From the NCBI GenBank assembly GCA_030390025.1, contig CM059432.1, forward strand, positions 130,822,001 to 130,882,000: 60,000 nt of DNA. Direction: 5' to 3'. The position numbers were made by a program, and so were the translations under genes. This document shows, piece by piece, positions 1-11,070 of the stretch (its first letter is position 1; each line of letters begins with the position of its first letter). The notes below the pieces were generated by a model. The model ran no database searches. It was not told the origin of the DNA and worked only from the letters and a program-made list of their open reading frames with translations. Source of the stretch: Squalus acanthias (taxonomy: Eukaryota).

Positions 1-1140
1 ATGTCCTGTCACATTGCACATGGGGAGTTAAGACCAAGTCTAGTTTACAGTTGAAGTGGGGTTAGAGGCCGGGGTGGGGGGGGAGCGGGGGGGGGGTCGA
101 AGATATTTAGACCGGCTGTGCAGACATATGTCAGTCATTTTAAGGTTATACTTTCTTTCCTTATTTTTATACTTCCATTATAAATTCCTATGTCCATATT
201 TATAATAGAAACTGCCTTTGTCTCCCTGTAATGCCGCCCTTCTGCCAATGGGGGCGCTGCAATCGTTCCACTGGCAGCGGAGCAGGAATTACAGTGTGAC
301 AAGTTTATGTCGGCAGTTCCTTATGTAAATGTGGTCATAGGAATTTATAATGGAAAAATTTGACAGAAATATTACACACAAGAGGGGGAGGGGGTTCCTC
401 CACAATCCTTCCTGAAGTCAAGCGTGTTGGCAGCAGATACGGCGGCAAAATGGGCCGGTGAGGCCTCCCATCGCTTCACCACCTCGATTGAGATTTCCAT
501 CCCCCTGTAGCTGCCAGGACTGCCGCTGCCCGCTCCTTCCCCTCCCACTGTATGCACATGATAGTGCGGGGCAGTCCAAATCTCAGTTGATTTTCTGTCT
601 TTCTGCCTGTATTCCCAGCGCTTCACAGAACCACTATGGGGAACGGTAGTAACGGCATTGAGATGCCCCCATGGAGCGAGAGGACCATGCTGTGGTCTTT
701 TCTTCCTTCACGCCTTATCCCTTAAAGGGCCTGGTCTTTACGGAGGCTTCCAGTGGGTCTTGGTTTCAGATCTTTGGGCTGATTCTGCCCCTTTAAGGTC
801 CCTCACTCAATCTTCTGCTGCGACAGCACCGTCGGAGTTTCTACCTTTGCACTGGTGAGCTCCCTCTTTACAGCGAGAATTCCCCAGAGAGCCCGTTGTA
901 CATATGCAATAAGCCCCGATTATGTCGCCACAAGAAATTCTGGGCCATTGTTCTCACTCTGCTCACTCAGTAACAGCTCATATGGCTGTCTTTCTGTATT
1001 CAATAGCAGCTTTCAGTACACACATTGTTCTCTTTCTATTCAGAAACAATTCATTACACACATTGCTCTGAATTTACTGACTAGCAGCTCTCGTTGCTCG
1101 TGTTTTCCACGCTCTCTGTCTATTCATTAACAAATATACT

Positions 1141-1522
1141 GGCCTGGATATTCCATTAGGTTTTCCTAATCTCCCTTTGTAACGTCGGCAGGAGACCGGC
1201 AGTGCCCCTATAGCAGCAGAATAAACAGCTGAAAGTGGCCATTTCACCATTTTCGTGGGGTTCCGTCCGTCTCTCTCAATGTTACAACTGGAGATCAGGA
1301 GAACCCCCAAAGATTTCAGGGCCATTGTTCTTACTGGAGGTAGGCTGGCACAACAGAGATTAAGTTTTGCCTGGAATTTCCGTGGGGGTTCTCCCCATCT
1401 CCTGCCATATATCTGGCAGAAATCCAGGAAAAATAGGGCAAACGGCCATTTCTGCCGTTTCTCCAGGGTTTCCACTCAAGTTACAATGGGGGATTGGGGG
1501 GAACCCCTGCAGAAATTCCAGG
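1141..1522. mobile_element. Non-autonomous Harbinger-type MITE, decayed
   Basis: Starts GGCCTGGATATTCC and ends GAAATTCCAGG, an imperfect TIR of the same style as other MITEs in the window. Related fragments lie near 6900-7060 and 14230-14425. Confidence 0.5.
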
Positions 1523-3125
1523 TTTTTGTGTCTGTAGCTTTCATCAGAAGTTGTAATTGAAATACTTCATATTTTTTAGTTTACAAGTGTAGCAACGAAT
1601 TGAAGTCACAAGTTTTATTACATCACTATGTTAGGGGGCACAATAAGTTGTCCTGCACCTGTTTTATTAATCCAATCTGAGACAGTTTTGGTGCAGAGGA
1701 GATGGGTAATTAAAACAATATTGAGTATTTTATATATCAGCGAATAATATTCAACGCTATTTGCAGCACACCACATACCAGTTTGTAAAAGTTCTCCAAC
1801 AATAAACATTGCTTTTTGTGCTTTCTCTCTTTACTAAATCACCCTTAGGTACCACTGGGACCCATTCATCTCACGAGCCATAAGATGATGCCCAGGAAAG
1901 CAGTCAGCAATGGTAAATAATGTTTAGTTAGTCATTTGCATTGTTCTGTGCTCTGTAGGCCTGTGCAGAGTTGGGTTGTTGTTGATTACCATTTCTCCAG
2001 CATCCAGCAGAAGTCTCATGCATGAGATTGCAATCTCTTTCCCTCCTGCCTGATCATCATGCTCTCATGGTATGCAGTATGCAGGGCCCAGTTTCCCAAA
2101 AGGCAGAGCAGCACAGAAAAGGCCCTCTCTGTTGTACATGCTACTCTGCCGTAATTTCTTCTTATACATGTGCATTCCAGCAGTTGGGCCATGTATGTTC
2201 GGAAGACAGCATTCTGGCTTTGTAGAAAGTGCATCCCATAATCCTTAGGACCCAGGAACTTATTTCAGTAGGATATGCTTGCAATGTCTCCACAAATTCG
2301 ATCCAACCATGGTAGATGACTACTGGATGAAGTGCAGCCAAACAGACACTCTACTGCACACATTCTGGTCATATTCGCTCCTCCATCCTCTCTGGATGAA
2401 AGTCTGGAAGGCTCCTTGATGGTCCTCCAGACCCCACCCCATGTCTTCATAGCCTGCTCCTGACAGAAGGGTCCCCCACAGCCCGCCAGCTTGTCTCATT
2501 CTTGCTTTTAGTGGTGGCAAGGTATATCCGCGTATGTGGTGCAACATGAGACCCACACAACAAACACAAGGATAAAGCAACTGTGGAACATTTGCCAGTC
2601 CAAACGAATAATACATAGGATGCACATGGAACTGGGGAAACAATACAAGGTGCGAGCCCCATTTCTGCAGGCCCACCCCACCATTGAGCCACCTGACCCC
2701 ACCCAGATGAGAGGACCTAAAACCATTGGTTGACCAAAGAGAAGCCTGCCTCCTACTGCGTACAAAAACACACTGTGCAGCTGCACAGCTCCCAAACATT
2801 GTCCTCACCCAGTACTCAGGCCAACCTTCTGACTCCATCATCATCATCATCATCCCACAACCTAAGTTTCCCTGTATCAAGGAAAATATCCTGAACCTGT
2901 CAACATGGTGTCAATAAAATGTACTGAACTCTGATAAGATACTCGCTGCAAGTACCATATAATGGAATCTTTAATGTGCCATGACCAAAGAAACTTTACT
3001 AAATTCAATCCAAAAAAAAACATGAAAAAAGGAAGCCTGTGTCAAAAGACATACGAGAACTGGTAGATTTAGTATTTTAAGGTATGAAAGAATTGTAGTG
3101 TTTGGGCAGTGATACTGCTGTTTGG

Positions 3126-3153
3126 CACACACACACACATATATATATATATA
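3126..3153. repeat. (CA)n(TA)n microsatellite
   Basis: cacacacacacacatatatatatatata read directly. Confidence 0.9.
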
Positions 3154-3972
3154 CTCTGGTATGTGTAACTGGTAGTGCAGGCTTTATGACTGATGGGCAT
3201 GCTGTGGAATGTTACACCACAATGCAACAGATTTAATTTAATCCATTATCTGTCATGTACCCTCTGTAAGGGAATCAAATTATAATTTAGACCTGATCTT
3301 ATTTTGCCCCTCTCTATATGGGTCAATGCACCTCAATGTATCGCCTAAAGTAACACTCCATTTTTGTGTGACTGACTGCATTTTTTTCTTTTTCTTAGAG
3401 ATTCCTTTTGCAAGTGAAGCAATTAATTCCTCAAGGTGATGTGAAATAAGCACTGTAACATTCTATTCAAAGTGGAAATGGATGAGAAGTCTGATCAAAA
3501 AGCTGCTGCTGAAGAAGCATCAACATAAATTATTCTGTAGAAACATGTTGCAGAGAAACATTTTATTTGTGAAGGATGTTGACATCAGTGTCAGAACTCA
3601 AAGATAAAAATTAACTCCTAAAAGATTTACTAATTACAGCATCATACCTTACTAAGTTAATCTTTCACTGTTGCCTTCTCACACTTATAAACATCTTTTG
3701 ATTTTAGGTGCAAGGCATTAATCTAGTTTAAGCTATGGGACTTTGTTCCCAGACTGCAGCAAAACAATTAGTCATATTTTTGCAAGAGAATTGCAGCTTC
3801 CAAAGAGGTTGGGGATAACTTTGACTTTGTGTGATAGTGTAAAACGGGTGCTAGCGAATCGCCAGCCCATTTTACATTTCTCCCGATTTTTATTTTCATT
3901 GACTTCAAGATATGTGATAATTGGAATTTCTTGCAAAAATAAAATTCTAATGTCAATTTTCAAAGATACTAG

Positions 3973-4110
3973 GAACATAAGAACATAAGAAATAGGAGCA
4001 GGAGTAGGCCTGCTCCGCCATTCAATAAGATCATGGCTGATCTTCTACCTCAACTCCACTTTCCTGCACTATCCCCATATCCCTTGATTACCTTAATATT
4101 CAAAAATCTT
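3973..4110 (-). mobile_element. CR1 LINE 3' tail fragment
   Basis: GAACATAAGAACATAAGAAATAGGAGCAGGAGTAGGCC is the reverse complement of the CR1 3' end at ~49090-49177. Confidence 0.85.
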
Positions 4111-4351
4111 ATATGCATCTTTAATGAGAAAAAGCTGGGTCCCAAAGGTTTAAATGTAAATAAATTTGTGTTTCAGTGAGAATGGGAACTATGTGTGCTA
4201 GGCTATGTTTTGTTGAAAATGAGGATTCCTGTTACTCAGAGTCCCATGCATTTGATGATACTGCTGGAAGAAGCCTCACTACAGAAATGTCTAAAAATTG
4301 TTGCACACCAACCTTACTCCCTCAGATAAAAGTACCACACAACAGAGTTTC

Positions 4352-5019
4352 TGGGGGAAGTGGAGCGATAAATCAAGCGCTACACTCCTAACTTAGAGCG
4401 CTAACCTCTGAGAGTGGGGGCGCTACCGACAGAGCGATAAAGAAGGTCATGCGCAGTCCAAACGGCACTCTTTAATCACACAGGCTGCTTCCATCTCTTA
4501 AAGGAAAGGGCCAATCACGCTATATAACCTCATAGTCATCAGTGGTCTTTTTCAACGCGACCTGGGTGACTGCCGTTGCAGCCCCCACCACTTTCAGAAA
4601 GTGCAGTATTTGGAGATGTTTGAGGAAAAGGTGTAAAAAATTTTGCATAGGCAGCAGACTGGTGCAAGTAATAAACGGTGCGATCACTGAAAGCGCCTTT
4701 TTCACGATGTTCAAGTGACACGGAAGCATTTCCTTTAATTCCGAGTGCACAACGCCTCCTCTTACTGGCGTTGTTGGTGCGAGGCGCTAAAGCAAGGAGC
4801 AAAAGGCAATTTTGCATCGGGGCCGTTAACGGAGCATTGCACTCGCATTGACGTCACCATGTGAGAGGCGCTAGAGGCCTAGGCACTAGCAGTTAGCGCC
4901 AGTGCTAATTCACCACTGAAGGTCACATGCGGCGTTGCATTCGCCGCGGCCGGCTGCTAACCCCTTAGCGCCCCCGCCAGGCACTAATAAGAGGCACTAA
5001 GCTACCGAATTTCGTGGCC
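4352..5019. mobile_element. Non-autonomous Harbinger-family element, left end eroded
   Basis: Subterminal AGCGCT/GGCGCTA motifs resemble both ends of the 25359-29562 element; right end GAATTTCGTGGCC. Confidence 0.65.
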
Positions 5020-5957
5020 TCTGCATTTGCATAGTGCTACACAAATAGAGCTGTGTCTACAAGTAGCATTTGTAGTGGGATTTTGGTAATTATATAATGC
5101 CAGGCTACAAGCACAGAAAACTCCAAGACATCTCCAACAACGGAACATCACCGGGTTTCACAGCAAGAAGGCAAAAGAATGATCTCACTGGGGTCCTTTG
5201 GTTGACGGCCTCAGTTTTCAGCAAGCAAATGATTACTCTGACTATAAAATAAGAGAGTTATATAGCCCTGTCATGCCATACCTCTGAAGAGTACCTTGCC
5301 TTTAGTCATGCGCACTTAAGGGTCAAGGACATTGAGGTGCCCTGAGGAGACCTCCCAACACTCAGCTCATTGTGTTCCAATGGTGAGAAAGTCCCATAAC
5401 AGTAGAAACCAAGGCAATTTCCATGTTTAAGAGAAAAGGAAGCTGCAGAAACAGGTACAAAATTATAATGGGTTTGCTTTGGTTATGGCCTCCTTACTGT
5501 AGAAGTTGTGATTACGAAATCACCTATCAGAAGGTGGCTGCAAACTTGGAATAAAGTTGCCTTCCCAATGAGCTGGATTTTACATATATACAACATGGAT
5601 ACACAGCTATTCCAAACCATTACTAATTAAATGCTTTATTTAAATAAGATACGCTGGCCTCTTGCACATCGCCAGTTTTCATCGCTCCACAATTTGCAGC
5701 CATGCTTTCAGCTGCCTAATATGTATGAAAAATTGTGTATAAAGCAAGTAAATTATTGACTAATAAAGCCTAGCCTGTTCCACCTTGAATTGTTTGTTTG
5801 TCAGTATACTGTACCTCTAAAGAGTAGTTTGGTTTTAGTCATGTTAAGGAAAGTGGCAAGGGAAACACATACTAATTTAATACAGGGATATTTCATATAT
5901 AAGATCTCTGAATTCCCCAGTTCGCACAGAAGATAAATGTACTCGGTATGACACTAT

Positions 5958-6833
5958 GGGGGAGAAATTCAGTATCACCCCATTTGGGACGCAATTATCG
6001 GCCGGGCGCAAAGATTAGCGCCTGGCGCTAATTATCGTCTCCGACTGCAAACTTGACTTTTATCGCCGCTGGAGGTGATTGGAGCGCTAAATCAGGCGCT
6101 TCACACCTGTCTTAAGGCGCAAAGGCCGAGGAGCGAGGCACTACCTCAGAGCGCTGGTGAAGCTCAAGTGATGTCAGTCAGCAATGGAACACACACACAA
6201 TGGCGCTGGCCAGTTCTTAAAGGGGAGGGTTGATCTTGCTTTCCATCCACATCCTGCTCATTGCAGCCTTGAATCTCGGCCTGGAGAGACCTGTACATCA
6301 AATCTGCTGGAAAGAACAATGGAGAGAACCAGGGAAAGAGCTCAGAGTGCAGCCCCCACAGTCTCTTCTAAATCGATACAAGGAAGGGCAAATCAAAATG
6401 AACCTGCAAAGTGCTGCTCAGTACCCAAAACTCCTTCACACAGCGTTGAATCTCCAGAAGTCTCTCTCTCTCTCAGAATGCATGGTGCAAAAATGTCACC
6501 AACAATAAAAGGCACTAAGTGGTCGCCTTTAAATAGCGCTCCCCCAGTTCCTTCCTGACTGCAAAACGCTCCCCTCAACCTGTCATTGCTAGCGGCAGGC
6601 GGTAAGGCAGGGGGCGCCACTCAATATCCGCTCCGGGGCATTGCGCACTCGACTGACGTCACGATCTGCTGGCGCAGGAGATCGTGGCGGTAGTGTTTAG
6701 CGCCGCCGCAAAATGTCTAGTTAATTTCGCGAGTGGCGCAAACATCGCTGCGCCCGGGCGCTAGTTGCTTTGTGCCCCATTAGCGCCCTCTTAAGGCGCT
6801 AACGGGAGGCGCAACCGACTGAATTTTTCCCCC
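5958..6833 (+). mobile_element. Internal-deletion derivative of the autonomous Harbinger family
   Basis: TIR GGGGGAGAAATTC...GAATTTTTCCCCC with TAT duplicated at 5955-5957 and 6834-6836. The left part aligns by eye to 25359-25745, including the Myb start (MERTRERAQ vs MERVRERAH). The right part aligns to ~29035-29562. Confidence 0.9.
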
Positions 6834-7294
6834 TATATATGCACCAGGAAAGCCCCAGATTCAAACCCTGTCATGCCATACCTCTGCCGCGTCAGCTGGG
6901 GAAGAAGACCGATGGGAAGAATTTCCATGAGAGTTCTCCCACTTATCCGTCATAACTTCAGTGGAAGTGCTGCGGAAACAGCGGAGAAAAGACGTAAACA
7001 CTATCAGGATTTCTGTGGCTATTATGGTGGATGAGTGGGAGAACTCCCACCCAAATTCACGCCCTTAGTCCTCAGTTACAAATAATTACTTGGTTTTTCA
7101 ACCGATTTATTTGGATGTTTTTGTGTAAAGAGTTGATGACATCAATGTTGCTGATGGCACCAATGCTGCTGGTTTCATCAGTTTTGCTGAGGCTTGCAGT
7201 TTTAATGATTTATCGATTTTGCACTAACTTTTCTCACTTTCTCCCTTCTATCCTCATAATCCTGTGCATTAACAAAATGATTGGCATCGTGGTG

Positions 7295-7612
7295 ACGTTA
7301 CTGTGGAAATTGCACAGCAAGCTCCCACCATGTGATAATGACCAGATAATCTGTTTTTGTTATGTTGGTTGAGGCATAAATATTGGTCAGGACACCGGGG
7401 ATAACTCCCTGCTCTTCTTCAAAATAGTGCCATGGGATCTTTTACGTCCACCTGAGAGAGCAAATAGGACCTCGGTTTAGTGTCTCATCCAAAAGACAGC
7501 ACCTCCGACAGTGCAGCACTCCCTCAGCACTGCAGTGGAGAGTCAGCCTAGATTTTTGTGCTCAAGTCTCTGGAGTGGGACTTGAACCCACAACCTTCTG
7601 ACTTCGGTGACA
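7295..7612 (-). mobile_element. tRNA-derived SINE (DeuSINE/SacSINE1-like)
   Basis: Reverse complement contains the B-box GGTTCAAGTCC and the body shared with 34716-35150 and 50894-51348. Confidence 0.8.
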
Positions 7613-7619
7613 ATATTTA

Positions 7620-9050
7620 GTCAGAGGAAATTTCTGCTCATCCAGTACTGGATGTTGGACAAGCAGTCTGACAATTGAGAGACAGCGAAGGGGTTGAGAG
7701 ATGTGGTGGTAAGGTAGATCTGGGTGGCGTCCGCATGCATGTGGAACCTGATATCGTGTTATCGGATGATGTCACCGAGGGGCAACATGCAGATGAGAAA
7801 TAGGAGGGAGGCCAAGGATAGATCCTTGGGGATACCAGAGGTAATCGTGCAGGAGAAGGAAGAGAAGCCATTGCAGGTTATTCTATGGCTACAACTTGAT
7901 AGATATGAATGGAACCACGCAAATGCAGTTCCATCCAGCTGGAGGTCGGAAGAGAGGCGTTGGAGGATAGTGTGGTCAACCGCGTCAAAGGTTGCAGACA
8001 GTTTGAGAAGGACGAGGAGGGACTGTTTACCATGGTCACAGCCACATAGGATGTAATTTGTGACTTTGATAAGAGCCGTTTTGGCACTGTGGCGGGGTGG
8101 AAACCTGATTGGAGGTATTTGAACATGGAGTTCTGGGAAAGATGGGTGTGGATTTGGGAGGCGACAGCACGTTGAAGGATTTTGGTGAGGAAAGGGAGGT
8201 TGGAGATGGGGCGGTAGTTTGCAACGACAGAAGGGCAATGTTCCCGCTAAGCTGCATAGCCACGCAGCTGTCTAACGGTCCCACGCAGCCCGGGACCAGC
8301 ATTTCGAATGTGAAATTTCACACATGCGCGAAACTTTGAATGGGCTGTGAGCCCCTTAAAGGGACCACGCAACGGAAAAAAAAATTGGGGGGAACATTGG
8401 TCAAGGTTTGGTTTTTCGAGGAGAGGGGTGATGACGGCAGATTTGAAGAGGAGGGGGACAGTACCTGAGGAGAGGGAACCATTAACAATATCAGCTACCA
8501 TGGGGGCCAGGAACAGAAGTTGGGTGATAAGCAGTTTAGTGGGAATAGGGTCGAGGGAGCAGGAGGTGGGTCTCGTGGACATGACGAGCTTAGAGGGGGC
8601 ATGAGGGGAGATAGAAGAGAAACTAGGGAAAGATGTGAGTTCAAGGCTAGGACAGTGGGGAACCTCAGGGGAAGTTTGGCTAGGGGAAGGGAGGGAAGCG
8701 GCAAAGGCAGCTGAATGGGTGGTCTCAATCTTTGTGACAAAGAAGTCCATGACCTCATCACACTTGTTGGAGGTGAGGGTGGCAGAGGCAGGGGAGAGGG
8801 GTTTAAGAAGACGGTTTGCAGTAGAGAAAAGAAGCTGGGGGTTATCTTTGCATTACAGGATGATCCTGGAATAGATGTCAGTTTTGACAGAGGAGAGCAG
8901 GACCCGATAGTGCTTTATGTGGTCCAGCCAGATCTGGCGATGAATGGCTAAACCAGTTGTCCGCCATATACATTCAAGTCTGCGTCCTTTGGACAGGGGG
9001 AACGGCCAGGGTGAGAGAGAGTAATTGTTTTAATGGGGACTAGGGCATCA
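7620..9050 (-). mobile_element. L2-clade LINE ORF2 fragment (frameshifted)
   Basis: Peptides TSCSLDPIPTKLL, VPLLFKSAVITPLLEKPNLD, QSGFHP, TALIKVTNYIL, LKLSATFDAVDHTILQRL and WFHSYLS are L2 RT motifs. Confidence 0.9.
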
Positions 9051-9392
9051 AAGGTGAAGGTGAGGGTGTGGTTGAGCAGATTGGTAGCTGCAGAAATGTT
9101 GTGGTGAATGGAGGGCCAAAGGGTAGACAGTTAGGATTTTGAAAGCACAGTTGTAAGTGAATTCAGAGAGAGCTTTTTCCAGGGACGGACACAGAAGGAA
9201 GTAGGATTGGGAGGCTGTAGGGGGGGTGTGTTTTGTGCAACCAATATTTTTAATACCTATGAAGGTTGAAATGATTGTGGATATGTTATACAAAAGCTTA
9301 ATGCACTCACAGCAAATTGCTTTCTCCACTATTTTAACACACACAATAACCTGAACCGGTTAATACCTCTATCAAAATAGTGGAGACACATA

Positions 9393-10130
9393 GGGGTAAA
9401 AATTCGGTTGCTTTGTGCCTCCCATTAGCGCCCTCACTAAGGGGGCGCTAACAGGGTGCAAAGCAACTAGCGCCCGGGCACGGCGCCGCCCACACCTCTC
9501 AAAAATTCGGCGAGAGGTTAGCAGCAGTGCTAACCGGTAGCGACCCGCGGCACTGCGCCGCCGGCGATGACGTCACCGCCGTGCGCAGCGCCCTGCTCAC
9601 GCCCCGGCCACGATCTTCGGGAGCGCCTCCTGACTTACCGCAGGACGCTATGTCCAATGGGGTCAGGGGGGCCTACCTGCGGCTGGGGAGGCGCTATTTA
9701 AAGGCGAGGTGCGGGGCGGCCATTTTTGTTGCTGGCCGCCTGCCAGCACCTGCCTGCCCTTCCGTCCCCGGCCTCCTGAACCACACCCCCCGCGGAGTGC
9801 CGGCTGCGCTCCAAGAGCCCGGCACTTCTCTTGAGTGCCAGGCTCTTTTGCCAGCACTCCCGATCCCTGGGGCCCAGCCGGGCCCCAGGTTGTGCTGCGC
9901 AAGGCCCCTCCCCTTTAAGAAGGGGAGGAAGGCCTGCAATACCGCGGCGCGATGTGCCGCGATATTCCCTCACAGCGCTCCAAGAGGGATGCGGGGCGCT
10001 TCCAGTAGCGCCCCGCTTCCCTCTTGGGGCATTACCACTCAATTTCCATCGTGGGGGTGCTAATTTTTCCGGGAAGGTAGCGCCCTGGCGAAGTTAGCGC
10101 CCAAATGGGGCACTACTCAATTTTTAGCCC
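9393..10130 (-). mobile_element. CpG-rich non-autonomous Harbinger MITE, inverted relative to the autonomous copy
   Basis: Ends GGGGTAAAAATT...AATTTTTAGCCC with ATA duplicated at 9390-9392 and 10131-10133. Its left end matches the reverse complement of ~29480-29562. Confidence 0.9.
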
Positions 10131-10864
10131 ATACTGTACAAAGGCTTTGATTTGCATAATATTGTGCATTTCAATAATTAATGCAATGTAACATAATATT
10201 ATTGCAATTTATGCCTGAACAGAGGTCTTGACTTTCAACCATTTCATGGCAGCCATGGCCTTCACTTCAATCTGCATAAAAGTGTAAAATGTGCCAAATA
10301 TGACAGTATACAGTAGAAATAGATAAGGACAATGCATTTGTCTAACCAGTTGATTTACAGTGTGAGTGCTTCCTGCAGAATTTATCAAATATGTGCTTTA
10401 CAATGCTCAGTATGTGGGCATTTGGGTCTTATAGCAGGCACCAGGGCTCAGAGCACAACCATGTCTTAAGAGCAGGGTTTAGGTTTCAGAGCAAGGGCTA
10501 TGTCTGCAAGTGCAGATCCTGCCTGATAGAGCAGGGGTTGGGTCTGACAGCAGGGGCCATTTCTGACAGCAGATGGAGGGAGGAATCGAGTCAAGTAGCA
10601 GCAGGAGCATCACCTGCTAAATCCACCATACTGCTTCTGGTAGGGTGCAGCTGATACTTCGAAAGCTTGACCGCTTGTTCGAAAACTAATGCCAGGTCTG
10701 AGTAGAAACAACTCGAGCACCATTTTTATTTCCATTTTCCCTTGAATGCTGAATGTATTTCTCTCCATTGTAATGCAGCAGGCCCTTCCGCATATTGTAT
10801 TAACAAGCTATTAGCGAGTGTCTTTTTAGGACTTCTCTCTTAGTTGGCCTTTTGGCACAATGGG

Positions 10865-11070
10865 AATGGTAGCATAGCATACTGGACTAGTAATCTCGGG
10901 ACCTGGACTAATGATCTGAATGTGGTTGACTCTTAACTGCCCTCTGAAATGGCCTAGCAAGCCAATCAGTTGTCAAGAAGGTAGCTCACCACCGCCTTCT
11001 CAAGGGCAATTAGGGATGGGCAATAAATGCTGGCCTTGTCAGCGACGCCCATACCTGTAAATGAATTTTT
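10865..11070 (+). mobile_element. SINE fragment with LINE-derived tail
   Basis: Tail GCTCACCACC.CCTTCTCA.GGGCAA.TAGGGATGGGCAATAA recurs at ~19820-19905; a related minus-strand copy lies at ~17600-17920. Confidence 0.65.

Noticed and set aside
9527..10097. CpG-island promoter or overlapping ORFs
   Set aside because: The region lies entirely within a TIR/TSD-bounded MITE, and its high GC content explains the ORFs.
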